From a virus: a stretch of DNA of 64,000 bases. The notes beneath the pieces were generated by a model, which did no database searches, was not told the DNA's origin, and worked only from the letters and a program-made list of their open reading frames with translations. The position numbers were made by a program, and so were the translations under genes. Below are positions 55,159-64,000 of this stretch, piece by piece. The stretch spans positions 64,001-128,000 of IMG/VR virus record IMGVR_UViG_3300034107_000314. One strand, given 5' to 3'. Within the stretch, counting starts at the first letter, position 1, and each line of letters starts with the position of its first letter.

Positions 55159-55230
55159 CTGGTCAGGTAGGACTTGAACCTACAACCGTTCCGTTAACAG
55201 CGGAATGCTCTACCATTGAGCTACTGACCA
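55159..55230 (-). tRNA. tRNA-Asn(GTT)
   Basis: TTCCG-CTGTTAA-CGGAA; G73. Confidence 0.93.
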
Positions 55231-55235
55231 AAGTA

Positions 55236-55362
55236 CGTTTGAATGGGAGGAATCGAACCTCATCTCACCTCTTATTCCACCTAGATTATCTGACCACAGA
55301 ATGCAAAGATGGGAATTGAACCCATTCGATCTAGTCGGGACGCTTCCTGCGTTCATTCAAAC
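55236..55362 (-). ncRNA. tRNA-like RNA with two T-arms and no anticodon loop
   Basis: 9-bp terminal stem GTTTGAATG/CATTCAAAC; T-arms ATGGG-TTCAATT-CCCAT and GAGG-TTCGATT-CCTC; CTAGAT/ATCTAG stem; lies between tRNA-Tyr and tRNA-Asn. Confidence 0.72.
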
Positions 55363-55364
55363 AT

Positions 55365-55445
55365 TGCGTGCTAGTGGAATCGAACCACTTAAGGCGTAGC
55401 CACCTGATTTACAGTCAGGTCCGTTATCCAACTCGGTCAACACGC
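55365..55445 (-). tRNA. tRNA-Tyr(GTA)
   Basis: CCTGA-CTGTAAA-TCAGG; variable arm. Confidence 0.9.
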
Positions 55446-56215
55446 TTCGTATTACTATTATACACCAGATTCCAATTTTGTCAACCGATCTTTCAATTCT
55501 TTTATGATTTTCTCAAGTCCGGCGACTTGCCATTCGGCGATGTTCAGCCGTGACTCAATTGATGGTGGCTCTGGCTTATCAGCATAGTCGCAGAAGTTGA
55601 AAGTCTCAATTCGGCTATGCTCATAGTGAACAGGTTCGCCATGTACAGTCTGGATTCCATCGGGCGAGTAGAACTTCACTAAGATATGATTGTCTCCATC
55701 GTCCCAACCGTCAGCAGCTTCCAAGCATTCGATATAGTACCAATTCCTATAGTCGGGAAGCTGGGCTTTCATTCTAGCCAATTCAGTGGTACTGGGCCGG
55801 AATGTTGTGTGTTTCCAAGATACGCTCATTCTGATATCCTTTTCAATAGGTCAATAGCGGTTTGAAACTCTGGACGATCTTTGTTGTTGCTTCCTAAATT
55901 CCTTAGTAGCCACAACACGTTGTCTTCTCTCAGTTCTATTCTACCACGGGGAACATCCATTGTCAAGAGTAATTCCATAAGAGCTACCCTAGTTTTTAAA
56001 AAGAAGATCTCATCGTTGAGTGTGTCTATGAAATACGACATCAGAATTGCCCCTTGAAAACCATCTTGATTAGTTGACCAACACAGTAACCAGCAACCAG
56101 AGCTATGACTTCTAACATCTGCAACTCTCCTTTGAGAAGGGTGACTCGTTTCTTATATTACTATTATACATTATCGACATCCTGTTGTCAAGTGTTTAGA
56201 CCAAATTATTTTAAT

Positions 56216-56321
56216 AAGTTAGCTGACTGTAGCTTAACGTGGCGAGCCTTAATATATAGGATAATCCAAAGTTAGCTGACTGTAGCTTAACTTTGCGTAT
56301 CTGATTATATAGGATAATCCA
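56216..56321. repeat. Two tandem 53-bp copies of the AAGTTAGCTGACT repeat
   Basis: AAGTTAGCTGACTGTAGCTTAAC...TATATAGGATAATCCA twice, period 53 bp. Confidence 0.9.
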
Positions 56322-56411
56322 CCCCCACCCCCCAGACCACCCAGATTACCCAAACTACCCAAACCTCCTAATCGCTATAAACCCTATAACCCACCCATCT
56401 TAACATCGACG

Positions 56412-56488
56412 TAAGTATATATAGTATAAGGACTTATGGCGTTTCCCCCTGCCGCCCTCGCCGTAAACCCTTACTGGCAAAGGACTTA
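56412..56488. repeat. Bipartite palindromic element, copy B
   Basis: Boxes start at 56412 and 56464. Confidence 0.85.
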
Positions 56489-58145
56489 TATCAATTGTAT
56501 TTCAGTCAATAAAAAATGCAACCGCCGAAGCGATTGCATTTAATATTAATCACGTTGGCATAATGATATTGCAATGCCCATAAAGAACATCAATATTATT
56601 ATCATCAGGCCACCAAGATACCCGCCTTCCGTTGTGTCATGATTTCAATTTGCTTAAGTCTATCACGAATCCCCATACGCTTTACACCATATACAGGCGA
56701 ATAGATATTAGGATTGGTTTTAGTTGACTTACGAACTCTAGCGGCTTGCAAGGTGTAGGGAGTAAGAAAGGGATGAGTCTTTTTCAAGACTGGGCTATTC
56801 TTATTTTCCAACATTGCGTAAATGCTATCGGCGAATTGTTTTAATGTCGAATCGGCACAGTGAGTGCGGAATTCGTTGCCATTTTTTTGAACCGATACCA
56901 CTTTGTTTCCAAGCAAGAGCAGATCAGATCGGCCAGCGGTGATGCCAGCGGTTGCGTTTGAAGTCTTGGCAATTTTACGATCTGAGTTCTGAATGCGAAT
57001 CGACATGAATATTTCACCTTAGATAGTGAACAATCGGACACCGCGAAGTTGCGGAACGCAATAGGTGGAATCGAACCACAATTTCAGGTTCAACTTTTTT
57101 CTTGATTGAGTCGTTTTTTTAGAACGCCTGTCAAGAGTTGAACATGAAAGAACCATCATCGCGGAAGTCAAGTGTCGGAATCGAACCGACATTAAACCAT
57201 TCTTGACGTAGGGATTATTCATCCCCGAAGAAATCTTCGCACCATTTTTCATAGCTAGAACGGGCGTTGAATTCTTGAACGATTGCTTCCAATTGGGCCA
57301 CGACTTCCATCGGGTCAAGAGCAAACGCCACTTCCATATCCAGCAAATCTTGCTCGGTTGGAATATAGTCGCCTTGAACATCTTCGCATTGCAATTGGGC
57401 GTCGAAATCGTCGAATTGATTTTGCATCTGTCGTTTCCTTTGTTTGAGTCTCGTTTGCCTTACACCACTATTGTATCACACCGCAAGCGATTGTCAAGAG
57501 ATTTTTCCATCGGAATCTAGGGAATAAACCACCACGACTTCCAAGCCATTTTTAGCAATCCAATAGCCCGCACCAAGTTCTCGGCATTGACGGGCGTACA
57601 CTATTGCATCATCTGAATTCAGCATGATCGCACGTTGAACGATTATTTCGCTCGTTTCTACTATGGTTTCGACATCGGTTGGAATTGCGTATTCAGCCAT
57701 CTTGAAAGCCCTTGTCTGAGTGTTGTTTGCTTGCCTTACACTACTATTATACCTGATTAACTCGCGTTGTCAAGTATATTTTTTTGAATTTCTTCAAATA
57801 GTTTTTCAGCAGATTGAAGGGAATCAAAGAAGACCGTTTCCGTTTCTCCGTTGATGGCACGCTCAACAGAGAATCCAAAGCTAGAATTCTTTAGCTTGAA
57901 CATCATCACGGCGTTTTTACCACTGCGAAATTTCCGTAACCCTGTTTTTACAGTCATCAGATTCATCGTACCGCTCTCCGCTGAGTGTTAGATTCTTTTC
58001 TTCTACTGCCATCATACCATATATATCGACCATTACAAGCCCCTACCACCACTATTTTTCAAAATATTTTTAGACGCTGCCCAGCCGGGGTCACTCTGAG
58101 TCAGTATATTATTGTAATGCAATTGCATTAATAATACAATTGATA

Positions 58146-58222
58146 TAACTACTTGCTACATAAGGACTTATGGCGCGCCCCCTAGCCCGGCTCGCCGTAA
58201 ATCCTTACACCGCAACGACTTA
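58146..58222. repeat. Bipartite palindromic element, copy C
   Basis: Boxes start at 58146 and 58198. Confidence 0.85.
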
Positions 58223-58389
58223 GGTCGATTGCATTATAATATAATTAAATTAACATATGTAAATTAGTTGATGTGATAATTAAAAAGAGATGCAACCGGA
58301 TATTACCCCGATTGCATTTAATTGTTTAATCAGATGATAATATTGCAATTGCAACGCCCACGAAAAAGCAGATTACAATTGTCATTTAA

Positions 58390-59187
58390 TTACCCCACCA
58401 AAGAAACGGATCTGGCCGTGACCCTTTCCTTTTTTTTGGCCTTTTTAACCTTGGGCTTGGCGGGTTGCGTACCGTGAATAATCAAGGCGAATGACTTATT
58501 ACGGTTGTCAGGGATAGCGGCGTGGGAATCGTCGTTATCGACTTCCAGATTAAAATCTTCGGCCTCATTTTCATTTTGCAATACAATTGCTTCCCGCAAT
58601 TTAAATTCATCAATCTTGGAATCGAGTCTACCACCACGACTTGCGGTCAAGACAAGGTTCGATATAGGATTGACAATTTTCATATCATCAATCCAATAAT
58701 TTAATGCTTTGGTATAAGCATAAAAGAGGATTGATGGATTATTCATAATCACTTGCAACCAAGCTCTGAAATATATGCGGTTGAAGAAATCACCCGCAAC
58801 GTGAATACGAACGATACCGGCGTTTTTTGGCAAGTTCGCTTGAATTAATCTTGCGATTGCATTTATTTTCTCAACTTCGCTCAAACGATTGTCGGATACA
58901 ATCGCACGAATCGCATCGAAATTGGCCTTGCGGAGATTGTAAACATTGGTGTAAACAACTTCCTGCGAAGCTGAAAAACAGCGAAATTCGGTATTTGGGC
59001 CATCCTGAATCCTACGCTTGCCATCGACCAAAATAGCCCGACTCATACACTTGTCAGCTTGTGGACATGCCCAGCCTGATAAGAGGTCGAAACTGTAAAT
59101 CTTACGGCCACCGTCAAGCCACTTGGCAAGAGCGGCGACTTTGTACAGTTTTTTGAGCTTTGTATTTGCGGCTGAAAACTTGACCAT
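58390..59187 (-). CDS. GP88-like phage protein
   Basis: NTKL...SFDLLSGWACPQADKC...CFSA...VRIHVAGDFF...FYAYTK. Confidence 0.7.
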   Translation of the reverse strand: MVKFSAANTKLKKLYKVAALAKWLDGGRKIYSFDLLSGWACPQADKCMSRAILVDGKRRIQDGPNTEFRCFSASQEVVYTNVYNLRKANFDAIRAIVSDNRLSEVEKINAIARLIQANLPKNAGIVRIHVAGDFFNRIYFRAWLQVIMNNPSILFYAYTKALNYWIDDMKIVNPISNLVLTASRGGRLDSKIDEFKLREAIVLQNENEAEDFNLEVDNDDSHAAIPDNRNKSFALIIHGTQPAKPKVKKAKKKERVTARSVSLVG

Positions 59188-60063
59188 GATTCTATCCTGT
59201 CCTGTGATTGTGATACTGGCGTTACTTGACTAGTGAATTATACCACACCGAATCGGGAATGTCAAGAGGGTCGAACCACTTGGTTATTGAATACAAACCG
59301 CAAGGCTTGCATCAAATCTGAGATGTATGTAGGTTCTGACGAACCGTCAAGATAGTCCACACAATAGCTAGAACTCTTAGTATCTTTGGTTAGCGACAAT
59401 CGGCCATTGAGTGAGAACATGGCATAGTCTGTAATGTTCAGGGCCGGCGACTCGACACCCTTAACACGAATGAACCACTGACTAGCGATTGATTTTTCAT
59501 TTTTGTTGAACTTGCGAACCATGCCGGAATCCCCTTGGAAAGTGTTACTTGCTTGACTTATTAGATTATACCACGGATCGGCCACCGTGTCAAGAAATCT
59601 TTTTAAGATAGTTCAAAAGACTTTGGAAAGTTTTGAAATACCTTACTTTAGGCTCTAGGCCCAAGCCCCGTTGATATTCCCAAGCGTCAAGTTTGAAGTT
59701 TCTAGCGTTTGTAATCGAGACCGATCCAAAGTTGGACTTGACAACGAAATTCCTACGAACTTCGAAGTTAGTGTTAAAGCCCATATTTTCTAGGCTGAAT
59801 AGTTGAAGCTGTGAAAAGCTCCACCCCGTTGACGTTGAAGCACTTCGGATAACTCGCTCAATGTCCAGATGATCCATGTTTCTTTCCCTGCTAGTGTGAT
59901 CTTGCCTTACATATATATTATCGGCTATCGCGGCCCAAAGATCAAGCCCATTTGGCCTAGATAAGAAATTTCTTATTTTCAAGATTTGCTATTGTGTTGG
60001 GCCGATCTTGTCGATATACTATATAGATCAAGTCAGTCACCACTATTCAGAAAGGTCAGAACT

Positions 60064-60588
60064 ATGCCGAAATACTATCGTCGATCATCTGGAATCGTTA
60101 CCCGTTATTGGGTAGTAGAAACATACTCTTTTCAAACGGCCAGTGATCGTGAAACCTTTTTTGCTTGGATCAAAGGTCAAGATGAGGGCAAAGTTGACGA
60201 TGTAGAAATGGATGGATGTTCTATTACAGTTCGCTGGAATCGCTGATTTTCACCACCACCATAAAGGATAGATATGTCCAATTTTACCAGAACCGATCTT
60301 GAAATTCTCGCGGCCTTTGATATTCCTACCAAATGGCTTCCCGCCAAATATCAAAACGGCCAGTCACACGTTAATGCAATTGCATTATTAAATCAGCACA
60401 AAAAAGCTGAGAAAGTTGCAATGAAAAAAGCTGCCAAAGCTCAGGCCAAAGCGGATCGGGCCATCCGATTATCCCATTACATATGTCAAGTGCAACGTGG
60501 GGAAGAAATACAATTCGACGTTAATGAAATGCAATTGTATAGCAATCAATTAAAATTCGTACAGGGCTTGTATACAAGGCTCAAATGA
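60064..60588 (+). other. Two plus-strand hypothetical ORFs (60064-60246, 60274-60588)
   Basis: AAAGG and AAGGA RBSs; divergent from 59590-59982. Confidence 0.6.
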
Positions 60589-60607
60589 GCCTATAATGCA
60601 AACGATA

Positions 60608-60720
60608 TAAAGCCTTGCACCGTAAGGACTTACGGCAAGGCCCGTAGCGGCGAACGCTCTAAATCCTTACAGGGTAACGACTTATATCACAGTCGTAAAT
60701 CGTTACCCCGTATAGACTTA
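60608..60720. repeat. Bipartite palindromic element, copy D, with a third box
   Basis: Boxes start at 60608, 60660 and 60696; sits between convergent genes. Confidence 0.85.
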
Positions 60721-62856
60721 CGCCTTAATGCAATTTCTCTGAGAGTTTATATCGCATTTTATCTACCATTTTATATAAGGCATCATCGTACCCTACATGA
60801 TGTTGAATTTCATCGACTGTATCATCAATGAAATCTTTTAATATTTCAATATTCAATTTGAGAGTTTCAATCTCATCTCGTTTATTGGGGAATATTGTAT
60901 GAATTGCATTATCGTTCATGTAATCAGATCCAATCATTTTGGCACTCCTAATACAAGGCCATTCTGGAAATTGAATTTGTCGCCGTTATTGTATCTCACA
61001 AGCCATTCATAGTTTTTTTGAAAGATGCAATCGGCGACCATCTCATAATTCTCATATTTCATCAATTGCAATAGAGCATTTAAACGCTCTTTAGTTGTGG
61101 CACTACGAACGCCACCATCGTAAATATAGATGGAACCGGCGATACTTTTATCAGCGATTGTATTTCCATACAAACGCAAAACCTTTCCATCTGTGGTTGT
61201 ATTTCCATTGCGTTTAGGCTTTCCAGCAAGAAAGGCTGAAATGACTTCGCGTGATATTTTTCTCATACTAGTGTCCCGTTCCTGAAATTGCGGATCAATG
61301 TTTTGTTGAGTTCGTGAAGATTTTTGACTTTCAACTCATACCATTGCTTCTCATATAAAGCCTTGGCGAGTTCCATTTCAAGATACTCGATCCGAGCATC
61401 TTTATCTGAGTCGATATTGATCTTATTTCTCGACATCGAAAAAACCACCGTAATCTCTAGGATTGTGAATTGATGCCACCATCAATAGGCCAGTGAAACC
61501 AAGAACAGCGATGATGAAAAAATCACTCATTTGATTCTCTTTTCTAGTTGTGCGATACGGGTACAGATTGCCATCGTGTCATTTTCCGATTCAATATCCG
61601 AATCACCATTGATTAGGACATTCCGCAGGAATTGAAGTTCTTCCATATCACCGTCAACTTGATCCATGATACCATTCAGGGTGTTTAGGATCTTGATTAG
61701 CTTTGCCATCTGTCGTTTCCTCGTTTGACTTCCGCGTTTCTTATACTTCTATTATACACTGCTAATACGGATTGTCAAGAGTTTATTTTACGATTTGCAA
61801 TGCTTTCTTGTAACATTTTTGAAGCGGCCTGAATAAGTTCTTCGGCCTGTGCTGGCGTGTATTTGCTTGGTTCTGTTTTTTGAATATAGGCGTCCACTTT
61901 TTTGGACTCGCTATTTGTTAAACAGTCTACACAGACATCACCAACGGTGCGACTGATTTTCATCGAAATCAGATTAATGATGGGTGAGGATGAATCGGGC
62001 GTTTGATCGTCGATGTAGTAAACACTCTCACAGCGACCGCATGTGAACCGTTCCATTCTTTCACCATTCATTCCGTATACCGTTGACATTTTCGTTTCCT
62101 TCGCTTGATTACTGTCATCTATCACTATGTATATTATACGCTATGCTGATTAGAAGTCAAGCATAATTCCAGAAGAATCTTTCGATATTCTTTCCGGCCC
62201 ATTGTTGCTTGACCATATCGGCCACAATCTGTGAGACATTATCATAACATCCATCGGACGTTACGATGATAAACTTGCGGTAGGTTTTACCACTCATTAC
62301 CACGTTCACAGAGACCTTTTCTTGAATCAGCATTTTCGTTTCCTTGACTAGTGGCTTGTTTCTTCTACTACTATTATACGACATCCAGCCCGAATGTCAA
62401 GAGATTGTTTCGACCAATCTATTAAAATCAAAGAAATATTGTGGTATTTTTTTGCCTGCTTCCTGATAACGATAGTTTGTTCCATAGTTCTTGGCAAGTT
62501 TGTACTTTCTACCATATCCGTTAAGATCCGCTACAATTGCGGTTATCGTTCCCTTGTTTTCATTGCATACCACATCGGCCCCGCCATCAAAGCCCAGAGC
62601 CTTAAGAGTTGTTAGTTGATCTTGTGTGAAACCGTTCATGATTCTGTCCCTTACTTGTGTTGATTGCTTACCCTTATGTATATATTATCGTCTATCTAGG
62701 CCCAAAGGTAAAGACAATTCCCAACTATTTTGAAAAGTATTTTTGTACACTAATCAGACCTGTATATCTAATTACTATTGGATCTATATATCCGATTTTA
62801 ATTTAGATAATTAGACCTAGATATCCAATTACACCTGTCGCGGCTATCTGATTACA

Positions 62857-62933
62857 TAAAGTGTTACACCGTAAGGACTTACGGCGTTCGCCGCTGCCGC
62901 GATTTTCGTAAATCCTTATACAGCAAGGCTTTA
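62857..62933. repeat. Bipartite palindromic element, copy E
   Basis: Boxes start at 62857 and 62909. Confidence 0.85.
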
Positions 62934-64000
62934 TGACTTGTCACCAGTCACAAGGCCCATGCTCCCATACATCCACATATGTAATTTCATTTATACGATA
63001 TGTGCATTCATATGCAATCACATCGCCGTTATCATCATAGGCAATTGCAATTGAATCATAATCAGTTGAGTAGTATAGCATTATTCAGCCATCTCCTTTT
63101 TCATCTTCCGAATTTTTTCTTCGTTGTATCTTATATACATTTCGAGACTAGGATTACAAGTCCAAACATCTGCGATTAGTATAGCACGGGCAGCTTTCAC
63201 TACTTCGATATCGTCTTGCAATTTCTTTATTTTCAATTCAATTTCCGACATAGCGGTTTTCATCAACAACCTTCTTCTTCCGTTTGAATGTGTACAACAC
63301 CTTTATTATCTGTCAGCACATTAACTATGTCTTCTTCACACTGTAAGTGATCGTAAGGGTAATCGACCAAAACTTTGGCGTTTGGGTCAAGTTTGGACAA
63401 TTCAGCAATCAATTCAGATACGGTCATTATTTAGCCCCTTTGATTAAAGCCTTCAATGCTTCCAATGTGTTAGCCTTTGCGTCAGGCCCATCCCACCCAT
63501 CGGCTATTTCAGCATCATACATTAGCAATGAATCAATTGCCATATGAAATTCGATATAGAGATCCAGTTGCTTTTTTGTGGCCGATTGTTTGTGAGTCTT
63601 AGCTTTGCTCATCGTCATCTCTCTACTTGGTTACTTGCTTCACTTCACTAGTATATTATCGACTATTCCAGCACTAAAGTCAAGATGGTTTTTTGAAATT
63701 CTTTACGAGTTCATCATCTGCCTTATCTGCCTCATGGTCAACCGTAAGGCAGAACAATACAGCAGTTCCAGAGGCGTTACTAGAAAGCCCACGAAGTTTT
63801 AGGTTATTATCCCGTGTACAGAAAGTCACAACGGCATCATCCGATAGATCAGCTAGCATTGCGAGTAGAGTAGCTTTAGTCGTCATAGTATCGTTCCTTT
63901 GTGCTGGTTACTGTCATCTCTATCACTACGTATAGGATACCATATATATCGACATCCTACAAGATAATTCTCAACTATTTTTACAGTTCGTCCATATCTT

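Larger units (their letters stand above)
50000..64000 (-). other. Early-type region of small hypothetical genes, most with their own sigma70-like promoter
   Basis: Recurrent plus-strand pattern att(a/g)ta-N16/18-(t/a)gtcaa, e.g. near 50012, 50773, 51293, 51763, 52364, 53395, 53975, 54927, 55457, 56163, 57470, 57746, 59237, 59565, 61751, 62133, 62373. Confidence 0.8.

Noticed and set aside
48062-56321. AAGTTAGCTGACT repeats as a CRISPR array for the TnpB/Cas12-like gene
   Set aside because: Copies are degenerate, separated by 0 or 200-300 bp with ORFs in between, and over 14 kb from the gene; there are no uniform unique spacers
1-64000. Stop-codon reassignment or suppressor tRNA
   Set aside because: Known genes are intact in the standard code and no tRNA has a CTA, TTA or TCA anticodon
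1-64000. Reverse transcriptase/DGR, integrase, or an intein or intron in RNR or ThyX
   Set aside because: No RT or tyrosine-recombinase motifs recognised; RNR (as far as visible) and ThyX read without insertions

Overview
A 64-kb slice of a large, lytic-looking dsDNA bacteriophage, read almost entirely on the minus strand. The host is probably in Planctomycetota, inferred from a phage-borne DUF1559 (prepilin/H-X9-DG) protein and a PEP-CTERM protein. The left half carries nucleotide metabolism (NrdJ-type RNR, dCMP deaminase, ThyX, thioredoxin), a sigma factor, a papain-like protease next to small membrane proteins, two glycosylation/methylation blocks, rIIA/rIIB, UvsE, several HNH-type endonucleases, an SSB, an RNA ligase and a solo TnpB-like protein with a rewritten RuvC triad. 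There are 14 canonical tRNA genes in four loci plus three non-canonical structured RNAs: an Ala-acceptor tRNA-like RNA, an RNA with two T-arms, and a 97-nt promoter-proximal RNA. The right third is an early-type region of small genes, most with their own near-consensus sigma70 promoter, and in nine cases the -35 box is also the stop codon of the upstream ORF. The least explained signals are two non-coding repeat families in this region. One is five bipartite elements of two 25-bp palindromes (TAAxT-NN-TT-N7-AA-NN-ACTTA) exactly 52 bp apart; the other is five copies of a ~53-bp AAGTTAGCTGACT repeat. Family assignments come from motif recognition by eye; no database searches were run.
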